Shown: positions 31,732 through 40,836 of the stretch, one piece after another
Position numbering within the stretch: position 1 is the stretch's first letter
Layout of the letters: each line of letters opens with the position of its first letter
NCBI GenBank assembly: GCA_963727525.1
Contig: CAVSGO010000005.1
Location: 32,001-96,000, forward strand
Origin: an uncultured bacterium
GTDB lineage: Bacteria; Krumholzibacteriota; Krumholzibacteriia; LZORAL124-64-63
Length of the DNA: 64,000 nucleotides
Direction: 5' to 3'
Translations under genes and position numbers: made by a program
The notes under the pieces: model-generated
Seen by the model: only the letters and a program-made list of their open reading frames with translations
What the model was told of the DNA's origin: nothing
Database searches by the model: none

Positions 31732-32625
31732 TCAGGCCTCATCGTCCATTGCGCGCAGACGGCGGCGGTCTCGCCAGCGTCGCCGCAACGCACCGACGAG
31801 CACGAGGACTGCCATGAAGACGAACAGCGTGGGCCAGCGCACCAGCGCCAAGCCCCAGCCGAAACGCAAGCGCATGGACGCCGCGAACTCCTGCTCGAAA
31901 CGGTCGAGATCCTCGCCGGTGGCGGCGGCGAATCCCGCGTCGAAATCGCCGCGGCGCGCCGATTCGGAAACGATCCGCGCCACGACACCTGATCCGTGGC
32001 GCTTCACCAGGGCGTTGACCGCCAGCAGGCTGGTCCGATAGGCCCGATCCGCGGCAATGAGTCCACCGGGAAACGCCCCCTGCAGCCGATCGAGCGAGGG
32101 CAGATCGCCCTCGAAGATGACCTGGACCGTGTCGGTCCAGCGCCACTGACCCGACCAGCGCATCGCCGCTCCCTCGTGTAGCCACGTGGGCAGCCGTACC
32201 CCTTGCGAGCCCTGCATGAGCAGCGCGTGCACCATCTCGTGCAGGAAGACGTCGCCCACGCCGGGACCGGTGGCTCGCGACCGCTGGTCGTCGACAGCCA
32301 CGAACCGCCCCGGCGGGATAGCGACCCCCACGCCCCAGTCGGGCAAGGCGCCGGCGAAGTGGGCGCGAAACGCGGCGGTGGGCAGGACGGCGCACACCAC
32401 GGTGTCCAGCGCGGCGATCTCCGGCACGAGTTCCGCCGTCATCGCGACACCGAACTCCCGCCAGGCCTGGGCGCAGCGATCGGCCGCCGCGCGATCGCCC
32501 GCGTCTCCGAGTTGAAACACGACAACCGGCGGCGACGCCTGGGCCCGCGCGTGCCCACTCCCGATGACGGCAAGCACCGTGATCAGCGCAACAACCGTGA
32601 CCTCGAAACGACGGAAATGACGCAA
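31732..32625 (-). CDS. Peptidase MA-like metallohydrolase with a C-terminal membrane anchor
   Basis: FLHEMVH...LPTWLHEGAA; probable TTG start after GGGAG. Confidence 0.78.
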   Translation of the reverse strand: MRHFRRFEVTVVALITVLAVIGSGHARAQASPPVVVFQLGDAGDRAAADRCAQAWREFGVAMTAELVPEIAALDTVVCAVLPTAAFRAHFAGALPDWGVGVAIPPGRFVAVDDQRSRATGPGVGDVFLHEMVHALLMQGSQGVRLPTWLHEGAAMRWSGQWRWTDTVQVIFEGDLPSLDRLQGAFPGGLIAADRAYRTSLLAVNALVKRHGSGVVARIVSESARRGDFDAGFAAATGEDLDRFEQEFAASMRLRFGWGLALVRWPTLFVFMAVLVLVGALRRRWRDRRRLRAMDDEA

Positions 32626-32710
32626 CCGACTCTCCCGGTTGACACCCAACAACCTGGCCGGGATCATGGGTCCAGATTCGCGACGCCGCAACCACGCGCC
32701 GGGGGTGACC

Positions 32711-33436
32711 ATGGACGACGCCATTCGCGCGCAACTCGACGCGCTACGCGCCACGATCACCCCGGCGACCCGCGTGGCCGCACTCACGGGCGCCGGCATC
32801 TCCGCGGCCAGTGGCATCCCCACCTTCCGCGGCGCCCAGGATAGTCTGTGGAGCCGGTACTCGCCCCAGGACCTCGCCACGCCCGAAGCCTTCGCGCGCG
32901 ATCCCGAGCTGGTGTGGCGCTGGTACGACTGGCGGCGCGGCCGCATCGCGGCGAGCTCACCGAACGCGGCACACGACGCGCTCGCCACGCGCGCGTCGCT
33001 GACACTGATCACTCAGAATGTCGACGGGTATCACCAGCAGGCAGGCAGCCGCGGCGTGATCGAGTACCACGGGTCGATCTGGCGCGTCCGCTGCCAGCGG
33101 TGCCGTCACGACGAGATCGACCGCCGGGTGCCGATCCCCATCCCGCCCACCTGTCCACACTGCGACGGACGCCTGCGCCCGGGCGTGGTGTGGTTCGGCG
33201 AGGGCATCGATCCCGCGGTGCACGAGGCCGCCACGCTGGCGGCCGCCGGCGCCGAGATCTTTCTCGTGATCGGCACGGCCGGCGCCGTCTATCCCGCGGC
33301 CGGCCTGGCGGAGCTGGCCCGCAGCCGGGGCGCCCGGGTCGTGGAGTTCAACCTGGAGCCGAGCGCCCTCACCCGCATCGCTCACCTCTTCGTACCGGGC
33401 AGCGCGGCCGACACCGTACCGTCCCTCTTGCGCTGA
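32711..33436 (+). CDS. cobB: NAD-dependent protein deacylase (sirtuin)
   Basis: GAGISAASGIPTFRG, TQNVDG, HGSI, CxxC..CxxC zinc site, RPGVVWFGE, VYPAAG. Confidence 0.95.
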   Translation: MDDAIRAQLDALRATITPATRVAALTGAGISAASGIPTFRGAQDSLWSRYSPQDLATPEAFARDPELVWRWYDWRRGRIAASSPNAAHDALATRASLTLITQNVDGYHQQAGSRGVIEYHGSIWRVRCQRCRHDEIDRRVPIPIPPTCPHCDGRLRPGVVWFGEGIDPAVHEAATLAAAGAEIFLVIGTAGAVYPAAGLAELARSRGARVVEFNLEPSALTRIAHLFVPGSAADTVPSLLR

Positions 33437-33490
33437 CGGTCGACGACCGCCGGAGCGAACACGCGCAGCTCGAGGCGCGCGGGGCTCAAA

Positions 33491-36400
33491 TCACTCGGCG
33501 ACCGCGATCGGCACCTCCAGCACCAGGCGGCCGGTGCGATCGCCGGCGGCCTTGTCGGCGAGATCGCGGTCGAGGAACCGCACGCGGCCCGTGTAACCCA
33601 TCCCGTCCGGCGCGGCCGGCCACTCGCCGGCGAAGCTGAGCGACACCTCGGTGGGCATGCCGCAGTAGAGGCGCAGGCCGTCGCGTCCGGCCTGCTTGGC
33701 CGTGCCGCGCACCGGCTGCGCGAACGCGGTCGTCTGCTCCGCACGGAAACCCCAGTCCTTCATGTCCGGAGCCAGGGCGAACGCACCCACGACCTGCAGC
33801 TTGTACGAGGCCGAGTCGACGCCATCGGGCAGGCTGGTCGCGATGTCCACTTCGAGCCCATTGAAGCCCGTCTGCGCCACGGCCACGCCGTCACTGTCGA
33901 GGATGTTGACGGCGCAGTCGGTGAAGAGATTGCCCGTATTCTTGTCCATCACCAGGCGAAAGCTGGCGCGCGGCGTCGCGGCATCGAGAGAGAACGCGTA
34001 GGTCCAGGTGTCGCTGTCCTTCACGGTGACATCCCAGGCGCGATGGAAGCCGACGAGCGCCGCGTCGATATCGCCGCGAAACGCGCCGGGAAAGGTGCGG
34101 GTGACGGTGAGCGTAGCCTTCGCGGGCTCGCCGGGTCCCTTGCGCGGCAGAGCCGCAAGCGTGTCCGGCGTCGCGTCGTAACCGTCGCAGCTCGCCGTGA
34201 GGCGGTACGCGCCCCTGTCCTCGGCGATACGGCTCGAGGCCACGGTGATCTCCCACGTGCCCGGCGTCAGTTCGGGCCGCGTGACCACGTGATCAGTGAT
34301 CGGGTTGCCCTCCAACGAGGCATAGCCTGCGAAGCCCCCATGCACGTGCCCCTCAGGATCGTTGATCTCCGACAGCACGCGCGCGCCGCGGCTGGCGCCG
34401 ACCTCCTTGTCCACCTCCAGGCGTACGCGCAATGCGCTCGAACCGGCAGGCACGTTCACGTAGTAATGATGGACCCAGCTCGCGGGCAGATCCTTGCTCG
34501 TCCACGTGCGGCTGAAGCCGTTATCCGCATTCAACGGCTCGCCCACGACCACGGAGTTCCACAGCGCGAACTCGCGGGCGGCGAGGCCGCTCAGATCGCC
34601 GCCGTCGAGGCTGGCGATGACGCGCGCGGCGTGCAGGCCCGGTTCCTTCAGCTTCGTACCGTCGTACTCGACGTTGACCGTCATGCCCATGTCGCCGCGA
34701 ATGTACCGCTTGCCGGAGATCACGCGCAACCAGTCGGCCTCGCTCTTGAAGGTGAAGCTGCGGAAGTAGGTGTCCTTCTGGTCGGGCGTCAGGTCGGGAT
34801 TGAAGATCGGATGCACGGTGAAAGTCACCTGCTCCGGCTTCACCGGAGCGCCGCCCGGCGTGCGCCAGTAGGCCGCCTCGGCAAGCCCGTCGCTCTGCAG
34901 CGGGCACGCCGTCTCGATGCGGTACCACAGGATGTCGTGCGCGCTCTTGCTCTTCGCCAGCGTCTCCAGCAGGGGCCAGGTGCTCGACAGCGTGACCAGA
35001 CCGCCGCCCTGGTCCAGCAGCGACAGCCCCTCCACCCGCGTGGCGCCGGCGATGAGGGCGCGCTTCATCATGCCCCAGTGCGTCTTCAACCCCTCCTGCT
35101 GCGCGGCGCTGAGCAGGCAGGCCACGGCGCCGGCCGTCTCGGGGCTGGCCATGCTGGTGCCGTTGTAGCGCGCCATGCCCTCGACGTAGCCGGGCACCGT
35201 CGATAGGGCCGACCCCGGCGATACCACGTCCGGCTTGGCCGATTCGCCACCACGACTGCTGAAGGCGAAGAGGGTGTTGCGGTCGAGGTGCGTGTCGTAG
35301 AGATCGGCGCCGGTGCCCACGGAGAGGTAGGCGCCGCTGGAGATCACGCTGGGACTGGTGGCCGGCAGGCCGATGGAAGACAGACCCGGTCCCTCGTTGC
35401 CGGCACTCTGGCACACGTAGAAGTCGGGATTGTCGGCCAGGAGATCGTCGAGCCACTTGCCCATATGATCCTCGCCCTCCTCCACCGCCGCGATGCCGAA
35501 GCTCATGTTCACGACCACCGGCAGGCCGTAGCGCTTGCCGAAGTCGACGGCATATTCGTACGCCTTCTTCATCGACTCGGTGCGCGTGGCACCCCCGGAA
35601 AGGCGGTTGTCACCCAGCTTGCAGGAGATGACCCAGGCCCCGGGCGCCACTCCGTCGAGCCCCTCCTGGCCGCTCACGGCGCGTCCGGCCGCGATGCCGG
35701 CGCAGTGCGAGCCGTGGCTGCCGTCATCGAAGTGGAACTCGGCCGTGGGGGCCTTGGGTGTACCGCGCTGGTCCTCGTTCTCACGCACGTTCACTTCCCA
35801 CGACATCATCGTGTGCGCGTCCGGCGCGTCGAGCCCGCCGAGGGCGAACGTGTCGAAGTTTACGTGATAGTCGCGCAGGCAGGTCTCGGTCGAGAGATCG
35901 CCATCGCCATCGGTATCCACGGCGACGAGCCATACCTTGGCGCTCTGCCGTTCCTCGTCCACGGTCCGCGCCGCCGTGGCGTTGAGCCCGCGCGCGAACT
36001 CCGTGCCCTTCCCCTGGCCCAGCGCCGCCTCCGCGATGGAGCGGTCGACGAGATAGACGACGAAGGCAAAGACGTCGGTCTGGTCGCCATCGTCGTTGAG
36101 GTCGGTGACTTCGGGGTTGTTCACGAACTGGTGCTCGCGGATGGCGCCGATGAACACGGGGTGCCCCACCGGATCGCTGGAGACCGGCGGCACCCGCAAT
36201 CCATCCGCGCCGCGCAGCGCGAGATCACCGTCCTCGTTCTTGACGACGCCGTCGGCGACCGTCGCCTTCTGCGTCTCCCAGTCGCCCTCGGTGGAGAAGT
36301 CGCGCACCTCGATGAGCTTGGTCCGACCCGTCGTGGTGGTCTGCATGCCGGGCATGAACGCGTCGACCCCGGTGTCGAGGATCGCCACCACCACACCGCG

Positions 36401-36565
36401 GCCGTCCCACGTGGGGTGCGCCTGCTTGAACGCCACCGCCCCCATGTCGTCGTTCGGCAGGTAGTTCCAGCCCTGCCCCGGCGCTGCGGCCAGGATGGGC
36501 GAAGCCACCACGAGGATGGCGACGAGGACAGCGAGACGACGACCGGACCGCAATGCACGACGCAT
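33491..36565 (-). CDS. Secreted S8 peptidase, tripeptidyl-peptidase II-like
   Basis: VAILDTGVD, long D-H insert, HGSHCAGIAAG, ISCKLGDNRL, NMSFG, SAGNEGP, NGTSMASP. Confidence 0.88.
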   Translation of the reverse strand: MRRALRSGRRLAVLVAILVVASPILAAAPGQGWNYLPNDDMGAVAFKQAHPTWDGRGVVVAILDTGVDAFMPGMQTTTTGRTKLIEVRDFSTEGDWETQKATVADGVVKNEDGDLALRGADGLRVPPVSSDPVGHPVFIGAIREHQFVNNPEVTDLNDDGDQTDVFAFVVYLVDRSIAEAALGQGKGTEFARGLNATAARTVDEERQSAKVWLVAVDTDGDGDLSTETCLRDYHVNFDTFALGGLDAPDAHTMMSWEVNVRENEDQRGTPKAPTAEFHFDDGSHGSHCAGIAAGRAVSGQEGLDGVAPGAWVISCKLGDNRLSGGATRTESMKKAYEYAVDFGKRYGLPVVVNMSFGIAAVEEGEDHMGKWLDDLLADNPDFYVCQSAGNEGPGLSSIGLPATSPSVISSGAYLSVGTGADLYDTHLDRNTLFAFSSRGGESAKPDVVSPGSALSTVPGYVEGMARYNGTSMASPETAGAVACLLSAAQQEGLKTHWGMMKRALIAGATRVEGLSLLDQGGGLVTLSSTWPLLETLAKSKSAHDILWYRIETACPLQSDGLAEAAYWRTPGGAPVKPEQVTFTVHPIFNPDLTPDQKDTYFRSFTFKSEADWLRVISGKRYIRGDMGMTVNVEYDGTKLKEPGLHAARVIASLDGGDLSGLAAREFALWNSVVVGEPLNADNGFSRTWTSKDLPASWVHHYYVNVPAGSSALRVRLEVDKEVGASRGARVLSEINDPEGHVHGGFAGYASLEGNPITDHVVTRPELTPGTWEITVASSRIAEDRGAYRLTASCDGYDATPDTLAALPRKGPGEPAKATLTVTRTFPGAFRGDIDAALVGFHRAWDVTVKDSDTWTYAFSLDAATPRASFRLVMDKNTGNLFTDCAVNILDSDGVAVAQTGFNGLEVDIATSLPDGVDSASYKLQVVGAFALAPDMKDWGFRAEQTTAFAQPVRGTAKQAGRDGLRLYCGMPTEVSLSFAGEWPAAPDGMGYTGRVRFLDRDLADKAAGDRTGRLVLEVPIAVAE

Positions 36566-36600
36566 GATCGACCTCCAGGAAACGTAGCGCGGACGCGAAA

Positions 36601-36626
36601 GGGCCCGTCCATGATAGGACGGGCCC
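36601..36626 (-). terminator. Hairpin between the Calx-beta gene and the TPPII-like gene
   Basis: gggcccgtcc-atgata-ggacgggccc; the loop reads TATCAT on the minus strand. Confidence 0.5.
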
Positions 36627-36662
36627 GGACGCAGGACAAGGAAGCACGGCGATGGACCGCCA

Positions 36663-38051
36663 TCAATGGAAGAGCGACTTCACCGCGCCCCAGCTCGCCG
36701 GTTCGATGGACATGCTGTTGTCCTCGATCCGCGTCTGCAGGTCGCTCGCCGTGAGCCCCGTGATGTTCGCGAGGTCGAGCGCCGACTGGAAGTCCGCCAT
36801 GGCGCCGCCCAGTTCCGGGCTGCCCACTTCGGCGAACTCGTTCATCACGCCCACGAGGGCGGCCTGCATCTCGGCGGTGATGAGGAAGCTGTCGCCCTGC
36901 CCGCCGACCTCGGCCCCCACGGCCGGCAGCCAGAGGTCCCACGCTTCAGCCACGCGGTGAATGAGCGCGGGGCGCTGCAGGACCGCCACGGCGAGATCGT
37001 CGGAGAGATCGTGGTAGAGCTGCACGTAGTAATCGCCCACGGTCGACGGCACCAGGATCTCGTCGCGGTACCGGCGCAACATATCCAGGTCTGGCCCCGG
37101 GTTGAACGTCTTGTCGCCGGCGGGATATTCCGTCTCAGCGTCGTCGAGCCGTTTATCGGGACAGGGCAGGCCGCAAATGTCAGCGATCGGTGCGCAATCC
37201 GCCGGACGCATGATCGAATACATGTAGGCGAACACGCAGGCGAAGCAGTAGTCGGCGGATCCGTTGATTTCGTCGGCGAGGAATGCGAAGAGCACGAACC
37301 AGTTGGATGAGGAGACGCGCTTGTTCGTCTGATTCAGGAGACGGAGCTCGTGGGTCGCGGACAGGTCGCCGCCACTCACCGCGGCGGCCGGCACCTGCAA
37401 CGTCTGCCGGGTGCTGCCGCCGAACTCGAGGGCGTGCAGGCCGCCATCGATCGAACTTGTGTACCAGACCACCGCGCCACCGGGCGGCAGGGTGTCGATC
37501 ACCACGTCCACCGCGACCGTGGTGCCGGGCGCGGTGGCCTCGGTCAGGCGTCCCAACGGGTCGAGCGGGATGTCGTCCGACACCTCGAAGTGGGCCGGCG
37601 GCGTCTGCGAGTCGTCGTCGACGATCGTCAGGACCGCGGCCGAGGGCTCGCCCACCTGGTAGAGGGCGCCCCCGTCGATGAGGCTGAGCAGGATGGTTTC
37701 CGGCGGCTCCAGCACGCTATCATCGTAAATCTGTATGCTGGCGTAGACGGTGTCGGCAACGCCGGGTTCGAAAATCGTGAAGGTGGTGCCGGACACGAAG
37801 TCGTCGCCGAACGTCGCCGTACCGGGGTCGATCTGCACGTACACCGAGATGGCCGCCGACGGCGGTTCGGAGATGACGAGGGCCACCATAGCGTTCGTAT
37901 TCTGTTCCACGACACTGTACTGCGTGAAAGCGAAGCTCACGGTGGGCTGGGCGACCACCATACTCGCGGACGCGAGCAGGACGGCGCCGGCCAGGACGCT
38001 GACGGAAACAAGGATCGGGCGCCGACTGCGGCGCGGTGCGCGGGTGCTCAT
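36663..38051 (-). CDS. Secreted Calx-beta domain protein with a CFI-box-CTERM-like region and a 'WGxVK' C-terminal motif
   Basis: VSFAFTQYSVVE...GTATFGDDF...IYDDSVLEPPETILLSL...LTIVDDD; LRRYRDEIL...G.YYVQLY; terminal IEPASWGAVKSLFH. Confidence 0.78.
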   Translation of the reverse strand: MSTRAPRRSRRPILVSVSVLAGAVLLASASMVVAQPTVSFAFTQYSVVEQNTNAMVALVISEPPSAAISVYVQIDPGTATFGDDFVSGTTFTIFEPGVADTVYASIQIYDDSVLEPPETILLSLIDGGALYQVGEPSAAVLTIVDDDSQTPPAHFEVSDDIPLDPLGRLTEATAPGTTVAVDVVIDTLPPGGAVVWYTSSIDGGLHALEFGGSTRQTLQVPAAAVSGGDLSATHELRLLNQTNKRVSSSNWFVLFAFLADEINGSADYCFACVFAYMYSIMRPADCAPIADICGLPCPDKRLDDAETEYPAGDKTFNPGPDLDMLRRYRDEILVPSTVGDYYVQLYHDLSDDLAVAVLQRPALIHRVAEAWDLWLPAVGAEVGGQGDSFLITAEMQAALVGVMNEFAEVGSPELGGAMADFQSALDLANITGLTASDLQTRIEDNSMSIEPASWGAVKSLFH

Positions 38052-38339
38052 TGCGAAACTCCTCACTGGCGAGTCGCGGCGAAGCCGGCGACGGAATCGG
38101 TACTGGTAAACGGTGCGCGAGCGCGCTGTCCCTGATATGAGACAGTTTTCGTCCCCGCGAATCACAGAGCCCGGGCAATTTCTTGCCGCCAGCCCCCGCG
38201 TTGGCGAGGCGCCGCACCGCTGCCTATTATTGAGTGGCCGTCTCGAGACCGGCCCGGGCTCGCCACGCCGCGTCCTGGCCGCGATTCGCCGACAAATCTC
38301 GCCGTCGGGCGCCCCGCGCCACCCTGGGAAGGATCGATC

Positions 38340-39530
38340 ATGCGCGATGTCAGCAAGCTGGGACCGATGACCCGCATCATCCACGCCGGACAGCACCCCG
38401 ACCCGGTCACGGGTGCGGTGTCCACCCCGATCTACCAGTCGTCCACCTTCGCTTTCCGCGATGCCGATCATGGCGCGGCCTGTTTCCGCGGCGAGGTGGC
38501 CGACGGTTTCATTTACACCCGGCTGGGCAATCCCACGACCCGCGCGCTCGAGGAGAGCATCGCCACGCTGGAACATGGCTGTGGTGCCCTCGCCTGCGCC
38601 TCCGGCATGGCGGCGGTGAATCTGGTGTACTACGCGTTGCTGAGCCAGAACGACCACGCCGTTTGCACCGAGTCGCTCTACGGTCCGAGCCGCATGGTGC
38701 TGGAGACCGAGTACCCGCGCTTCGGCATCAGCGCCACGTTCGTCGACACCGCCGACGTGGCCAAGGTGGAGCAGGCCATCACGAAGCACACGAAGCTCGT
38801 CTATCTGGAGACGCCAGCCAACCCCACGCTGAAGCTGGCCGACGTCGAGGCCATCAGCGCCATCGCCCATGCGGCCGGCGCCGTGGTCTGCGTCGACAAC
38901 ACCTTCGCCTCGCCGGTACTGCAGAACCCTCTGCTGCAGGGCGCCGACATCGTCTTGCACAGCATGACCAAGTTCATCAACGGTCACACCGACGTGGTGG
39001 CCGGCGTGGTGGTGGCCAAGGAACCGGGAATGTACGCGCGCCTGCGCAAGGTGCATGTGAACCTGGGCGGTACGATGGATCCGCACCAGGCCTGGCTGGT
39101 GCTGCGCGGCGTCAAGACGCTGGGTCTGCGCATGGAGAAGGCGCAGGAGAACGCGCTGCGGCTGGCTCGGTGGCTCGAGAAACACCCCAAGATCTCCTGG
39201 ATCCGCTACCCCTTCCTCGAGAGCCACCCGCAGCACGCGCTCGCGAAGCGCCAGATGCGCGGCGGCGGCGCCGTGTTCTCCTTCGGCGTGAAAGGAGGCC
39301 TCGAGGCGGGCAAGATGCTGATCAACAACGTCGAGGTGGCCACGCTCGCCGTGAGCCTGGGCGGCATCGAGACCCTCATCGAGCATCCGGCCAGCATGAC
39401 CCATGCCGGCATCCCGGCCGCGGAACGGCTCAAGGCCGACATTTCCGACGACCTGGTGCGCATCGCCGTGGGCTGCGAGGACTACGCGGATATCGAGCAT
39501 GACCTGGCGCGGGTCCTGGACACGCTCTGA
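38340..39530 (+). CDS. PLP-dependent trans-sulfuration enzyme (methionine gamma-lyase-like)
   Basis: PIYQSSTF, YTRLGNPT, ASGMAA, ETPANP, VDNTFASP, HSMTKFINGH, AVSLGGIETLIEHPASMTH. Confidence 0.92.
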   Translation: MRDVSKLGPMTRIIHAGQHPDPVTGAVSTPIYQSSTFAFRDADHGAACFRGEVADGFIYTRLGNPTTRALEESIATLEHGCGALACASGMAAVNLVYYALLSQNDHAVCTESLYGPSRMVLETEYPRFGISATFVDTADVAKVEQAITKHTKLVYLETPANPTLKLADVEAISAIAHAAGAVVCVDNTFASPVLQNPLLQGADIVLHSMTKFINGHTDVVAGVVVAKEPGMYARLRKVHVNLGGTMDPHQAWLVLRGVKTLGLRMEKAQENALRLARWLEKHPKISWIRYPFLESHPQHALAKRQMRGGGAVFSFGVKGGLEAGKMLINNVEVATLAVSLGGIETLIEHPASMTHAGIPAAERLKADISDDLVRIAVGCEDYADIEHDLARVLDTL

Positions 39531-39532
39531 CC

Positions 39533-40816
39533 ATGCACAATCCGTGGGTCACACCGGACCGGATCCTCCCCCAGAATGGCGCGATCGATTGGGCCGTGGA
39601 CTACACGGCCCATCCCTTCCTCGATCCCACCATGCCCGACCGCGCGTCCCGGCTGCGCCGGTTCACCCAGCTCACCTGGGAGCGCATCCGCGACGACGAC
39701 GCGATCTACCGGCGCGAGGCCGCCCGCCTGCTGCGTCCGCTGCGCGGCGTACCGGGCGAGATCCAGCCGTGCCACGACGACATCGTCATCATCTCGGAGT
39801 ACCTGCAGGAAGCCGACGTCTACCTCTATTCCACCATCGACCTCTTGCCCGAGCCCTCGCGCGACGCGGTGCTGCCGCACGAGGACGTGAATCGCTGCCA
39901 CGACCTGCGCGAGCTGCTCGCCATGGTCTTCGGCGACGATCCCGGGCGCCGGCGCTTCGAGGCCCAGCGCAAGCTCTACCTGGCCAACCTGCTACTCGAC
40001 ATCGACCACTCGCGCCTGGTCCAGGACGGACCGCTCCACCTCGCGTACTTCGAGGAGTTGCTCGACAACGTGCTCTGGCGGCACAAGAAGCAGGAGTACG
40101 AGATCAAGATCGGTTTTCACATCGCGGACGATGGCGAGACGATCCGCTACTCGGCGCGGCCGCGGCGCAACGATCAGGTGTGGACGTTCCACTCCGCGTA
40201 CCTGGAGACGCCGAACGCGGGGGCGATGACGTCGCTCGACATCCTTTACTGGAATTGCCGCTTCAAGCGTTCGGTCGATCGCGTGAGCTTCGAGGTGGTG
40301 GATGGTCAGCACAAGGTGCTGGAACGGGTGCGCTGGAGCGAGATGCGCCAGCACCGCAGCGGGTCGATTCTCTCCAAGATGATCCGCCGCGGCATCAACA
40401 ACCCCGGGGAGATCGCCGACATGCTCGGCGCGATGTTCATCGTGCACGACGACGACGCCCTCAACGATCTCCTGGCGCTCCTCGACGCCGGCATCGGCAA
40501 CCCCTTCGGCTGGCGCAACGTCACCGACACCTTCGGCGCCGAGCCCGCGGGCAGCCGCCTCAATCGGCACAGCGCTGCCGGCTTCAAGGTCTTCAAGGGC
40601 GACGTCGACATCCTCATCCCGGGCCGCGGACCGGGCCAGCCGCCGTATCGATTCTCGGTGGAGATCCAGATCCACACGCTCGAGAGCTTCCTGCGGACGG
40701 TGTGCTCGGCGCACGCCGCCAGCCACCTGGCGCTCAAGCTAAGGCAGTTCGTGAGCGGGCTGGTACCGTACCTTTTCCCCACATCGGTCTACGGCGAGGA
40801 ATGGCTGCGCTACTGA
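39533..40816 (+). CDS. Divergent RelA/SpoT-like nucleotidyltransferase-fold protein (TIGR04552/TIGR04562-like)
   Basis: SILSKMIRRG..EIADMLGAMFIV ... HSAAGFKVF ... SVEIQIHT ... SHLALKLRQ resemble degenerate synthetase motifs. Confidence 0.6.
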   Translation: MHNPWVTPDRILPQNGAIDWAVDYTAHPFLDPTMPDRASRLRRFTQLTWERIRDDDAIYRREAARLLRPLRGVPGEIQPCHDDIVIISEYLQEADVYLYSTIDLLPEPSRDAVLPHEDVNRCHDLRELLAMVFGDDPGRRRFEAQRKLYLANLLLDIDHSRLVQDGPLHLAYFEELLDNVLWRHKKQEYEIKIGFHIADDGETIRYSARPRRNDQVWTFHSAYLETPNAGAMTSLDILYWNCRFKRSVDRVSFEVVDGQHKVLERVRWSEMRQHRSGSILSKMIRRGINNPGEIADMLGAMFIVHDDDALNDLLALLDAGIGNPFGWRNVTDTFGAEPAGSRLNRHSAAGFKVFKGDVDILIPGRGPGQPPYRFSVEIQIHTLESFLRTVCSAHAASHLALKLRQFVSGLVPYLFPTSVYGEEWLRY

Positions 40817-40836
40817 GCGGCGCCGTACGACCCGGG

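Noticed and set aside
32711-33436. Sir2-type anti-phage defence gene
   Set aside because: It is a canonical short CobB deacylase with a zinc site and no defence-associated partner.
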